A DNA stretch of 64,000 nt from an uncultured Solirubrobacterales bacterium (GTDB lineage Bacteria; Actinomycetota; Thermoleophilia; Solirubrobacterales; Solirubrobacteraceae): contig CAWJMH010000008.1 in assembly GCA_963843915.1 (NCBI GenBank), forward strand, positions 141,409 through 205,408, written 5' to 3'. Below the pieces are notes generated by a model that was not told where the DNA came from, did no database searches, and worked only from the letters and a program-made list of their open reading frames with translations. Below are positions 49,429 to 58,581 of the stretch, in pieces. Within the stretch, counting starts at the first letter, position 1; each line of letters begins with the position of its first letter. A program made the position numbers and the translations under genes.

Positions 49429-49950
49429 TCACTCGGATCCCAAGCCGAGCACGTCGATCGCTTCGTCCCCGCCGCGCCGGCGAAGCTGATGTCCGAGCAG
49501 CGATTCGCGCTCGGCGTCGACGCCGATGATGATCGTGTTGGGGGCGAACGAGCCGAGTGACTCGGCGAGCGCGCGCCGGCCGGTCTCGAGTCGCTCGTCG
49601 TCGCCGCACCGGAACGGGACGGTGCGGAACACGCCGTTGACCTCCCGCGGACGGATCAGCTGCCGGACGGCCAGTACCGACACCGTGGCGATGTCCGAGG
49701 GAACGCTTCGGAGCGGCCGATGGATACGCCCGAGCCAGCCCGTGCGCGCTCGCAGACCTCCGACGGTCCGCTGCTCGCGGGCGAGCTCGAACCCGGTTGC
49801 GGCAATCGCCGCGGCCCCGGCCCCGACGATCAGCTCGGGCAGGTCGGTGATGTCGATCAGGAGTAGATACAACGCCGCGGCGAACACCCATGCCAGCGAC
49901 CACGCCCGGAGCCGGGTCGAGATGGGCCGCCGGCGCGAGGGTTCAGGCAT
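49429..49950 (-). CDS. MrpE-like antiporter subunit
   Basis: PELIVGA, SFAPNTIIIGVD..LLGHQL. Confidence 0.75.
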   Translation of the reverse strand: MPEPSRRRPISTRLRAWSLAWVFAAALYLLLIDITDLPELIVGAGAAAIAATGFELAREQRTVGGLRARTGWLGRIHRPLRSVPSDIATVSVLAVRQLIRPREVNGVFRTVPFRCGDDERLETGRRALAESLGSFAPNTIIIGVDAERESLLGHQLRRRGGDEAIDVLGLGSE

Positions 49951-49963
49951 CGTCGATCTCGCG

Positions 49964-49995
49964 TCGGGTAGGGGCACGTGGGTGCCCCTACCCGA
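49964..49995. other. Perfect 14-bp inverted repeat between gpgS and mrpE
   Basis: TCGGGTAGGGGCAC-GTGG-GTGCCCCTACCCGA. Confidence 0.75.
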
Positions 49996-50035
49996 GCGAC
50001 CGGGCGCGAAGCAGGAGGGTCCGCTCGACTACGCG

Positions 50036-51673
50036 TTACGCGGCGGAAATCGGACGCGGGTCACGGATCCGCGCGAGCGGCGGCCGCTCGATCACCGCCA
50101 CCTGGACGACCGCGCAGTCCTCCCAGGGCCGGAGGTAGTGGCCGCCGATCGCGCTCCGGTGGCCGCCGAGGCGTCTCTCCACCGCCGCAAGCACCTCGTA
50201 CGCCATCTCTCCGAGCGCCCGCAGCGGCTGATGTCGATTCTGGCGCTCGCCGAGGTGACACTCGGCGAGCGCGTCGAGGCCGTGAGCGCGGAGCGCGTCG
50301 ATGAGCACGGCGATCTCGACGCCGTACCCAACCGGGAACGGGATCGATTCGAACAGCTCCCGGCGGCCGGCGAACTCTCCGGCGAGCGGCTGGGCGAACC
50401 CGGCCAGCCTCGGCTCGTGCAGGTTGAGCAATGGCCTGGCCATGATCTCGGTGACGCGTCCACCTTCGTTCGGCAGGCTTGTCCCGCCGACCTGGAGCGG
50501 ACGGTCGAAGGCGCCTTTCACGAGCTGCAGCGAGCGATCGCACAGCAACGGCCCGATCAGGCCCTGGAGGTGCTTCGTATCAGGGTTCGCGGTGTCTCCG
50601 TCGAGAAAGCACACGATGTCGGCACTGGTCTCGTGCAGCGCGCGCCACATCGCGTCGCCCTTGCCGAGCGTCGGTCCGTACTGCGCGAGCAAGTCGTCCT
50701 GGTCGACCACCCTGGCTCCCGCCGCGCGCCCGACCTCGGCGGTTCCGTCAGCCGAGGCGGCGTCGACCACCACCACATCGTCGACCACGCCGGCGTCGCG
50801 GAGCGGCCCGACGGTTCCGGCGAGGATGCCCGCCAGCGTGTCGGCGCATTCCTTGGTCGGGATCACCACCGCGACCGACGTGGCGCCCTTGTGGCCGATC
50901 AGCAGCTCGGGCGGGAACGCGCCTGCCACGTACCGGCGTCGCGTGGCCCACGACGAGACCGCGAGGTCGACCGAGAGTCCTCGCGCGGCGCGGCCGTCCG
51001 TGCGGGCTGATGTCCGCACCCGGACATCGGCAGCGTGTAGAACCGGGATGCCGGCCTTCGCGAGCCGCTCGGCGAAGGCGGCGTCTTCGAGCGCGGGCAC
51101 CGGCTCGATGCCACCGACGTCACGGTACGCGCCGGCGGTGATGCCGATCGACGCTCCGGCGAAGTGATGGTGAGCCGCACCCGGATCGGTCTGGCGGACG
51201 CGCTCGAGGCGCCGCGAAGCGTCGCGCTCGCGCCGGTGGACGACCGCGGCCGGGAGCCGACGCGACTCGTCCGGGTCGAGCTCGATCAAGCCGGCGACCG
51301 CGCGCGCACCGGCGCCGATGTGCGCGAGCTGACGGGCGAGCCAGTCTGGGGCAGGTCGGGAGTCCGCATCCGTGCACGTCACCAGACCGTCGTCGCATCC
51401 CTGCGCGAGCAGACGGTCGGCGGCCAGATCCATCCCCGCTCGCCGGGCCGCCCCCGCACCCTGTCCCGGGCCCTCGACGAGCGACAGCCGCACCGAACGC
51501 TCGCGCGCGGCGCGCGCGGCGACCTCCGCGGTGCCGTCGGCGCAGGCGTCGAGGACGAGGATCACCTCGAACTGCTCGCGCGGGATCGTCTGCGCGGCCA
51601 GCGCTGCCATGCACCCGGCGATCTGGTCCTCCTCGTCACGAGCCGGGACGACGACCACGCCTGCTAGCGCCAC
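50036..51673 (-). CDS. gpgS: GT2 glycosyltransferase fused to glucosyl-3-phosphoglycerate synthase
   Basis: N-terminal VVVPARDEE..DACADGT..TDADS..GASIG..LED..VRTSAR; C-terminal GKGDAMWRAL, FLDGD, EGGRVTE..ARPLL, QPLAGEFA, GYGVE, NRHQPL. Confidence 0.88.
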   Translation of the reverse strand: MALAGVVVVPARDEEDQIAGCMAALAAQTIPREQFEVILVLDACADGTAEVAARAARERSVRLSLVEGPGQGAGAARRAGMDLAADRLLAQGCDDGLVTCTDADSRPAPDWLARQLAHIGAGARAVAGLIELDPDESRRLPAAVVHRRERDASRRLERVRQTDPGAAHHHFAGASIGITAGAYRDVGGIEPVPALEDAAFAERLAKAGIPVLHAADVRVRTSARTDGRAARGLSVDLAVSSWATRRRYVAGAFPPELLIGHKGATSVAVVIPTKECADTLAGILAGTVGPLRDAGVVDDVVVVDAASADGTAEVGRAAGARVVDQDDLLAQYGPTLGKGDAMWRALHETSADIVCFLDGDTANPDTKHLQGLIGPLLCDRSLQLVKGAFDRPLQVGGTSLPNEGGRVTEIMARPLLNLHEPRLAGFAQPLAGEFAGRRELFESIPFPVGYGVEIAVLIDALRAHGLDALAECHLGERQNRHQPLRALGEMAYEVLAAVERRLGGHRSAIGGHYLRPWEDCAVVQVAVIERPPLARIRDPRPISAA

Positions 51674-52833
51674 GGGGCACCCTCGGCGATCAGCGCGCGA
51701 CCGCGCTCGTAGTCCTCGTCGGCTTCGTGCGCGAGCACCCCGACGATCGTTCCTTCGCGGCCGTACCAGGCGGTGAACGCGCCGCCGCCGTGGTGCTCGA
51801 GGCGGGACTGGTCGAACCCATCGCCCCAGGCCGCGTACTTGAGCGTATGCCTGCCGATCGTCGACCAGAACCCCGGCACGGCGTCCCACTCTGCCGGGTC
51901 GCCGGCGGCGCTCCGCCCCGCGACCTCGCCCTGACCGAGGGCGTCGCCCCAGTGCTCGACTCTCAGCGCGCGGCCCGCCGACACGTTCTCGGCGAAGGCG
52001 ACGTCGCCGGCGGCGTAGAGCCCGGCCCGCTTGGAGCGCATGGCCGCGTCGACGGGCACGGCGCCACCCGCGAGCTCGAGCCCCGCTGCCGCGGCGAGCT
52101 CGGCGCGGGGCGCGACGCCGGCGGCCATCACCACCACCTTCCCCGTCGCGCGCACGGTTCCGGCTCGGACCTCGAGCGAGCCGTCGCGCGCCGCGATCTC
52201 GTCGACCTCGGCACCGAGATTTACGTCGACGCCTTCCTCAACCAGCCAGCCGCGGATGAGTCCGGCCGCTTCGAGATCGAGGCGAGCGGCGTTGGGCTGC
52301 TCCTCATCGGAGACGAGCGCGACCGCGTGGCCCCGGCGCCTGAGCGAGGCGGCGATCTCGCACCCGATGAAGCCCGAGCCGATCACGACGACGGCGTCTC
52401 CGTCGCGAAGGCGGGCGGTCAGCTCGCGCACGTGATCGAGCGTGCGGATCACTCGCACAGCCGGGTGGTCGGCCCCGGGCACCGGCAGCCTCGTTGGCTC
52501 CGCCCCGGTCGCCAGGACGCAGCTTCGGTAGCGGAGCTCGCGGCCGCCGGACAGAGACACCGTGCGAGCACCGGGATCGAGGATGACCGCGCGGCCGCTG
52601 ACCAGCCGGACTCCCTGCTCTTCCAGCCAGGCTTCCGACTCGATCGGAAGCTCGTCCTCGCTCGATTCCCCGCGGAGCAGCTCCTTGGTCAGCGGCGGGC
52701 GGTTGTAGGGCATCCGGTGCTCGTCGGTGACAATCGCGACAGGGCCGCGCGCTCCTGCGCCCCGGTAGGCGCGAGCCGCCGACAGTCCGGCCGGTCCGCC
52801 CCCCAGCACGAGCAGCTCGAACTCGTCGCTCAC
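51664..52833 (-). CDS. NAD(P)/FAD-dependent oxidoreductase (ferredoxin reductase-like)
   Basis: GGGPAG, PYNRPPLTKE, LATG, GSGFIGCE, AAGDVA, RVEHW, VPGFWS. Confidence 0.9.
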   Translation of the reverse strand: MSDEFELLVLGGGPAGLSAARAYRGAGARGPVAIVTDEHRMPYNRPPLTKELLRGESSEDELPIESEAWLEEQGVRLVSGRAVILDPGARTVSLSGGRELRYRSCVLATGAEPTRLPVPGADHPAVRVIRTLDHVRELTARLRDGDAVVVIGSGFIGCEIAASLRRRGHAVALVSDEEQPNAARLDLEAAGLIRGWLVEEGVDVNLGAEVDEIAARDGSLEVRAGTVRATGKVVVMAAGVAPRAELAAAAGLELAGGAVPVDAAMRSKRAGLYAAGDVAFAENVSAGRALRVEHWGDALGQGEVAGRSAAGDPAEWDAVPGFWSTIGRHTLKYAAWGDGFDQSRLEHHGGGAFTAWYGREGTIVGVLAHEADEDYERGRALIAEGAPWR

Positions 52834-53390
52834 GGCCGCACCAGCACGTCGAGCAGGTAGTCAGCGGTGGCGCTGGAGCTGAGTGGTTCGAGCCACGGCT
52901 GCTCGTGCAGGGTCCTGTGCGCCTGCTCGGCGTCCAGCGGCCGCTCGGCTCCTGCCGGGCGCCAGTGGACCGCGACCAGGCGCGCGCCGGGGACGATGCA
53001 CGACTCCAGCCGCCCGAGCGTACGGGCGAGCTCGGAGGCAGTCAGGTAGTAGAGGATCTCCGACGCGACCACCAGATCGAGGCGTCGGTCAGGAAGCGCG
53101 TCGGGAATCTCGCCGAGGATCACGTCTGCATGCGGGACGCCGGCGAGCCGCCGGCGCGCAGCCGAGACCGCCGTCGGAGCGGCGTCGATCGTGGTCAGGT
53201 GCTCGCATCGCGGCGCCAGCAGCTCGCTGAACACGCCGATCGACCCGCCGAGCTCGAGCGCGTGTGTGAACGGGCCGTCGCCGCAGGCCGCGAGCGTCGC
53301 CGCGTACTTCCGGCGCTCGTAATCGCTGGTGGTGTACCCCCAGGGATCGGGGTTCGCGCGGTAACGCGCCTCGAACTCGGCGAGCGACAT
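52830..53390 (-). CDS. NodS-like SAM-dependent methyltransferase
   Basis: DPWGYTTSDYERRKY, LELGGSIG, DLVVASEILYY, VHWR. Confidence 0.9.
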   Translation of the reverse strand: MSLAEFEARYRANPDPWGYTTSDYERRKYAATLAACGDGPFTHALELGGSIGVFSELLAPRCEHLTTIDAAPTAVSAARRRLAGVPHADVILGEIPDALPDRRLDLVVASEILYYLTASELARTLGRLESCIVPGARLVAVHWRPAGAERPLDAEQAHRTLHEQPWLEPLSSSATADYLLDVLVRP

Positions 53391-53400
53391 CCGCGCCACG

Positions 53401-54498
53401 TCAGCGCTCGCCGAGCGCCGCTTCGCCCACGCGCACGAGCAGCGGGTCGAGCCGGTGCTGGAGCAGGAACACCTCGAGGTCGCGCCGCGCGCGGTCGAGG
53501 GCGCCGCCGCGCGCGAACGGCCTCGACCCGCATGCGCGTGCCGCCTCGTCGAGCAGCATGCGGCATGCGTCGAAGATCGCGACCCGCGCCTGCACGGCGA
53601 CGGCGGGCAGCGCGTCGTCGATCGCGTCCATCGCGCCCGCGCCGCGGTCGATCCACAGGTCGATCGTCCGCTGCGCGGTCGTGATGCGACCGGCCGCGAG
53701 CGCCTCGAGCTGCCCGCGCCCGGGGCGCTCCGCGAGCTCGTCGAGCGCGGCGTGGACGGCCGTGTCCGCCATTCCCGCCCAGCTGGCCGCGGTGCGGAGG
53801 GCATCGCGGGAGAACCACGGCTGCTCGGCCAGCGAACCAGGCTGCCCGAAGGTGGCGATCACCGGAGCGTCGTGGAACACGACTCGATGCGAGACCGATG
53901 CGCGCAGGCCGTGAGCGCGGAACCAGGTCGGGTCGACCCTCACGCGGCGCTCGTCGGTGAGGTCGATCCATACCGAGACAGGTGGTCCGCCGCCCGGCCG
54001 CCGGGCCAGGACCAGCGCGCGGTCGAGCCCGCCGGCGCCCGAGCAGAACGTCTTCACGCCCCGCAACACGTCGATTCCATCGGCCTCGAAGACGGTCGCG
54101 GGCGGTCCTTCCCCGGGAGCCGGGTCGCCGCCCCACACGCCCGCTCGCAGCCTCCCGGCGACGACCGCCGCTAGCTCGCGGTCGCGGATCTGGGCGGGGG
54201 CCTGAACGGCGAGACGCTCAACGGCATTGAGGTGGCCGTCGAAGATCCGGCCGACCGACCCGTCGGCGCTCGCCACCCGTCGTACGAGCTGGAGCTCCGC
54301 CGCCGCTGACGGCCGGAACGCTCCCGGCTGCGTGTTCCACGCGAGCACGCCGGCCCGCTCGAGCAGCGCCAGCGGACCCTCGGGAAAGCTCGGCGCCGGC
54401 TCGGCGTCTCGTTCGGCGGCTCCGGACTCGATGTGCGCGAGTACCTGATCGAGTCCGAGCGCCGGCGAGCTCGCCGGCGCGTTCGCCGGGGTGTTCAC
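53401..54498 (-). CDS. Acyl-CoA dehydrogenase-like flavoprotein
   Basis: DGSVGRIFDGHLNA, GVKTFCSGAG, GLRASVS, RDLEVFLLQH. Confidence 0.85.
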   Translation of the reverse strand: MNTPANAPASSPALGLDQVLAHIESGAAERDAEPAPSFPEGPLALLERAGVLAWNTQPGAFRPSAAAELQLVRRVASADGSVGRIFDGHLNAVERLAVQAPAQIRDRELAAVVAGRLRAGVWGGDPAPGEGPPATVFEADGIDVLRGVKTFCSGAGGLDRALVLARRPGGGPPVSVWIDLTDERRVRVDPTWFRAHGLRASVSHRVVFHDAPVIATFGQPGSLAEQPWFSRDALRTAASWAGMADTAVHAALDELAERPGRGQLEALAAGRITTAQRTIDLWIDRGAGAMDAIDDALPAVAVQARVAIFDACRMLLDEAARACGSRPFARGGALDRARRDLEVFLLQHRLDPLLVRVGEAALGER

Positions 54499-55067
54499 GC
54501 CGGTGTCTCCAGTTCGAGTCCCGCCGCGACGGCGTGCCTGGCCACGAGCGCGATGTACTGGACCGTCTCGCGTGCGTCCGCGCGCTGGGCGCCGGGGCCG
54601 ATCCCGTCGTGGGCGAGGACGATCGCTCCGTCGCGCAGATCGTCCTTCGTGGCGCGAAGCATCTGCTCGGCGGCGTCGCCCCGCCAGTCGTGCGTGTCGA
54701 CGGTCCAGCCGATGATCCGCAGCTGATTCTCCTGAGCGACCTGCGCAGACCAGCCGGCGGTGTCACCCCACGGGGTGCGCCACAGCGTCGGGCGAACGCC
54801 GACCGACCTGAGCAGGCGCAGCGCCCGGCCGGTATCGCGCCGGCACCACTCGATCGAGCGCTCCGAGTGCCGGACATGCTCGTCGCAGTGCAGTCCGATC
54901 TGGTGGCCATCGGTGAGGATCCGATCGATCAGCTCCGGATGCGCCGCCGCGCGGGAGGCGATCGGGAAGAACGTGGCGCGCGCACCGGCGTCGCCGAGCA
55001 CGTCGAGCAGGCGCTCCGTCCAGTTCGGATCGGGACCGTCATCGAAGGTCAGAGCCAATGTCGCCAT
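54495..55067 (-). CDS. NodB-type polysaccharide deacetylase
   Basis: LTFDDGP, ATFF, HxxxH, RTPWG, WTVDTHDW, IVLAHDG. Confidence 0.93.
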   Translation of the reverse strand: MATLALTFDDGPDPNWTERLLDVLGDAGARATFFPIASRAAAHPELIDRILTDGHQIGLHCDEHVRHSERSIEWCRRDTGRALRLLRSVGVRPTLWRTPWGDTAGWSAQVAQENQLRIIGWTVDTHDWRGDAAEQMLRATKDDLRDGAIVLAHDGIGPGAQRADARETVQYIALVARHAVAAGLELETPA

Positions 55068-55076
55068 GAGAACCCC

Positions 55077-55101
55077 ATACCCAGCGTAGACCCGCCCGAA
55101 C
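55077..55101 (-). promoter_or_regulatory. SigB/SigF-type promoter for the deacetylase operon
   Basis: GTTC-N15-GGGTAT on the minus strand, 9 nt before the ATG; a second GTTA-N15-GGGTAC near 55201-55225. Confidence 0.55.
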
Positions 55102-55300
55102 GCCGGCCTGGGCGGCGGACGGGTCGGCTGGCACGGCCGGCCGTCCCGGTAGGTCCGGCCGGCGCGCGCCGCCCCGCTGCCAGCAGTTCGTGCACCTTGC
55201 GTACCCGGCCGCGGCTCGCGTTAACAGGTGGGTTGACATCGGACCCTCACCGCACGCCGGCACGGTTGATCCACATCGGCGTACGCATTCGTACGTGCCC

Positions 55301-55327
55301 GTTTTGCCGGACAGGAACAGCGGGCAG
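55301..55327 (+). promoter_or_regulatory. Possible SigB/SigF-type autoregulatory promoter of the sigma gene
   Basis: GTTT-N17-GGGCAG upstream of ATG 55416. Confidence 0.35.
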
Positions 55328-55415
55328 AGCGTTGACTGCGTCGGACGACGACCGGGACGCTCTCAACGGCCCTCGCACGGACCTCGCGCTCGCAAATCCA
55401 CAAGCTGGAGGTCCT

Positions 55416-56195
55416 ATGGGCGCCACGATCATGGCGAGGCGCGATCTTGCGCGCGAAAGCGAAGAAGGTCTCTTCGACGTCCACTCCCGCGACGCGGATC
55501 CCGCCGTGCGGGACGAGTTGGTGGATCGCTTCATGCCGTTCGCTCGCAAGCTCGCGTTGCGTTACATCCACACCAGCGAGCCGCTCGACGACCTCGTGCA
55601 AGTCGCGTGCGTCGGGCTCTTGAACGCGATCGAGCGGTTCGATCCCGAGCAGGGCAAGAAGTTCACGACCTTCGCCGCCCCGACGATCTTGGGCGAGCTA
55701 AAACGCCACTTTCGCGACAAGGGATGGGTAGTTCACGTCCCGCGCGATCTCCAGGAGCGAGCGCTGGCCGTGAATCGCCAGGCCGAGCGGCTGTCCGTCG
55801 AGCTTCGTCGGGCTCCGACACTTGGCGAACTTGCCGACGCGCTGGGCTGCACGGTCGAGCAGGCAGTCGAAGCCATCGACGCCGCGGCGAACTACCAGCT
55901 CACATCGCTCGACGCCCCGATTGCGCAGGACGACGAAGAGCATTGCGCGCTCTCGGACACGTTGGGAAGCGAGGACGACGGTTTCGAGATTGCTGACGAT
56001 CGACAGGCGCTGGTGACCAGATGGGCCACGTTGAGCGCGATGGAACGCGAAGTGCTCGGTCTGCGCCTGGGGCACGGGCTCACGCAGCGCGAAATCAGCC
56101 GGCGCATCGGATACTCACAGATGCACGTGTCGCGGCTGCTGCGTCGATCGATGCTCTCGCTCAATGCCCCTGAGGCGTCGGCGACATGGTCGTAA
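55416..56195 (+). CDS. SigB/SigF/SigG family RNA polymerase sigma factor
   Basis: DDLVQVACVGLLNAIERFDP, FAAPTILGELKRHFRD, VHVPRDLQE, TQREISRRIGYSQMHVSRLL; RBS GGAGG. Confidence 0.95.
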   Translation: MGATIMARRDLARESEEGLFDVHSRDADPAVRDELVDRFMPFARKLALRYIHTSEPLDDLVQVACVGLLNAIERFDPEQGKKFTTFAAPTILGELKRHFRDKGWVVHVPRDLQERALAVNRQAERLSVELRRAPTLGELADALGCTVEQAVEAIDAAANYQLTSLDAPIAQDDEEHCALSDTLGSEDDGFEIADDRQALVTRWATLSAMEREVLGLRLGHGLTQREISRRIGYSQMHVSRLLRRSMLSLNAPEASATWS

Positions 56196-56267
56196 GCGAC
56201 CGTGCCGACTCATGCACGACGTGCGCACATGAGTCGACACGATCGGAGACGGTCGCGGCTGCTGACG

Positions 56268-57077
56268 TCAGCCGGCGAATGAGTGAAATGCTCCCAGCGG
56301 GTTGGGCAGCACCGGAGTGAACGGCTTGAACTGGTAGGGCTTCGATGTGTCGAACCCCGCCTGGCCGGCGGCCGCCTTGTCGGCGAACGGAGTCAGAGCC
56401 GTGACCGCCTGGCTGATCTTCGTCCACTTGAGCGTGCGCTCGTACCCGTTGTTGTTGGGCGGATCAGCGCTTTCGGCCTTCCCCTGCACGCCCGTGATCT
56501 TCTTGATCGGGCCGCCATCCTGAGCCGACACGTCTCCGCCCAGGACGCGCGCCAGCGTGCGGTGGTCGCTTTCGATGCCCATGATCCGTGCCGCCAGGAC
56601 GCGCAGCGGGGGCGTGCTGAAATTTCGCACCCCCACGAGGTAGGCGGCGATGAACGCATCCTCCAGCGTGACGAGCACGTCGAGCGTCGTCTGCGCGTCG
56701 GAGAACATCTTCGGCGGGTAATAGAAGGTGGTGAACGGCGAGGGCTTGCCGGTCACGCTCTTCTCGAGCGCGTAGTGCGACATCTCCTCCTGCCGCGCCG
56801 CCTTCAGATACCCCTGGTCGTCCTCGGGCAGCCGCTTGAAGAACGGCGAGTGGCCGATGATGTTGGTGTACGTCGTCACCGCCAGCGCCTCGGCGATCTG
56901 GGCGGCGCCGACGATCTCGACGTCACCGCTGGTCACGCCGCCGCTCTTGGCGGCGGCGAACGAGGGGATCAACAGGTCGAGCGCCGATGCGCTGGCCAGT
57001 ACTCCGGCGCCGGCGGCCGCCGTCCTGCCCAGGAACCGCCTACGGTCCGTCCCCGGTTGGTGCTGCTCTTCGGACAT
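56268..57077 (-). CDS. Tat-exported ferritin-like domain protein
   Basis: DRRRFL twin-arginine signal; EALAVTTY, QEEMSH, LEDAFIAAY, IESDHR di-iron-type ligands. Confidence 0.85.
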   Translation of the reverse strand: MSEEQHQPGTDRRRFLGRTAAAGAGVLASASALDLLIPSFAAAKSGGVTSGDVEIVGAAQIAEALAVTTYTNIIGHSPFFKRLPEDDQGYLKAARQEEMSHYALEKSVTGKPSPFTTFYYPPKMFSDAQTTLDVLVTLEDAFIAAYLVGVRNFSTPPLRVLAARIMGIESDHRTLARVLGGDVSAQDGGPIKKITGVQGKAESADPPNNNGYERTLKWTKISQAVTALTPFADKAAAGQAGFDTSKPYQFKPFTPVLPNPLGAFHSFAG

Positions 57078-57177
57078 GCGCGAATCTCCTTCCGGCCGTA
57101 TCAAGGATTGATGCATCTGATACGGCGCGCGTGCCCGGTTGGATCACCGCTGCGTGAAGAATCCGCTCCCGCCGGCG

Positions 57178-58023
57178 CTACGGCTGAGAGCTGAGCGGCG
57201 GTTCGACGTCGTCGTAGATGCGGGCGCCTGCGAGCTTGCCGGCGCTGCCGCGTACGTAGACGGCGATGCCTGCCTCGGGCAGAAGCTCGGATCGGCCCCA
57301 TCGGACAACGTTGTATTCGAGCGCGCATGCGGTGCCGTCATCGGTGACGGTGCAGTGCTCCAGCGCGATGCCGCCGCCACCAGAGAAATACCGCTCGTAG
57401 AGACCGCGCAGCTCATCATGGCCGCGATGGATGAACGGGCCGCCGGCAGGCTCGCGGACGGAGGCCCCCGGCTCGAAGGAAGCCATGACGGAGTCGACGT
57501 CGCCGTCCGCCAGCGCTCGCTGGTACTCGCCGACTACGTCGGTTAGCCCGTCGAGGTCCGGATCGGGCTGCAGCAACGGCGGGCGGTGGCCGCGTTTGCC
57601 GGTCAACCGCCACACGCTGTAGTAGATGCGCAACTCGACGATGCGCCCGTCGTCGTCGCGCTCGGCCACGACCGCAACCGGTAGCTCGAAGCGACCGCCG
57701 TCGCCGTCGAGGGTCAACACGATCTCCTCGATCCCTCGCCGCGGCGTGATGATTCTTTGCACCGGGCTGGCGATGGCGTTCGATTCGGCCATCCAGGTGT
57801 TGTTGTAGGCCACGAACCACTCGAAGGCGTGGAGTCCCTCGACGCGGCCACGAATCGGATGATGGACCTCCGGTTCGCCGGCGAATGACCCCACGAGCGC
57901 GTCCGTCTCGCCCGAGCGCAGGCCGTCGAAGTACGGCACGGGTTCAGCCGCTCGGCGATCCGCGGCTTTGCTGCGAATCCGCTCCGACACCGACGCGGAG
58001 AACAAGTCTGGGTACCACGGCAC
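57178..58023 (-). CDS. Tandem SnoaL/NTF2-like domain protein
   Basis: Two NTF2-like repeats: IVELRIYYS and YQRALADGDVD..REPAGG..ALEYNV..ARIYDD. Confidence 0.75.
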   Translation of the reverse strand: MPWYPDLFSASVSERIRSKAADRRAAEPVPYFDGLRSGETDALVGSFAGEPEVHHPIRGRVEGLHAFEWFVAYNNTWMAESNAIASPVQRIITPRRGIEEIVLTLDGDGGRFELPVAVVAERDDDGRIVELRIYYSVWRLTGKRGHRPPLLQPDPDLDGLTDVVGEYQRALADGDVDSVMASFEPGASVREPAGGPFIHRGHDELRGLYERYFSGGGGIALEHCTVTDDGTACALEYNVVRWGRSELLPEAGIAVYVRGSAGKLAGARIYDDVEPPLSSQP

Positions 58024-58098
58024 GGGATTAACCCTCTCACACCGTGCAGCAGGTCGTGCGGACCGCCGGACCCGGCGAGCGCAGCCTCGTCCGGAGCG

Positions 58099-58581
58099 TC
58101 AGCCCGAATTCACGCGGGCTGCGTCGTTGTCCACGGCGTGCAGCTCTGGGGGTTGGGGTCGATCGAGCAGGACGTCACACCAGACGCGAGTACCTGCGAT
58201 CCCGTCGCGGGCTACTCCCCAAGCGTCTGACAGTTCATCGACCACGAGGAGCCCAAAACCGCCGAGTCTCTCGGGGTCAGGCGGTCGTATGCGAGGTTCG
58301 AGCCGTGATCCTGGATCGATGACATTGATCCGTAACCGACCCTCGAGCCTCGTGAGCTCGACGGTCAGCGTCCGGCTCGGGCCCACGTTGGCGTGAACCA
58401 CGCTGTTCGTCACGAGCTCACTGACGATAAGCGCAACATCCGCCGCTGTCGTCGGCTCGATCTGGCCCTCGAGCTGCGACAGCACCAATCTCCGGGCCTG
58501 GCTGGGCGCACCCATGCCGCCACGGATTCGCATCGAGATCGGTCGTTCCGGATCCGGCGGATGGGTCGACGCCGCCGTCAA
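58099..58581 (-). CDS. Anti-sigma factor-type ATP-binding protein (HATPase_c_2)
   Basis: APSQARR, VSELVTNSVVH, GGFGLLVVDELSDAWGV, TRVW. Confidence 0.9.
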   Translation of the reverse strand: MTAASTHPPDPERPISMRIRGGMGAPSQARRLVLSQLEGQIEPTTAADVALIVSELVTNSVVHANVGPSRTLTVELTRLEGRLRINVIDPGSRLEPRIRPPDPERLGGFGLLVVDELSDAWGVARDGIAGTRVWCDVLLDRPQPPELHAVDNDAARVNSG

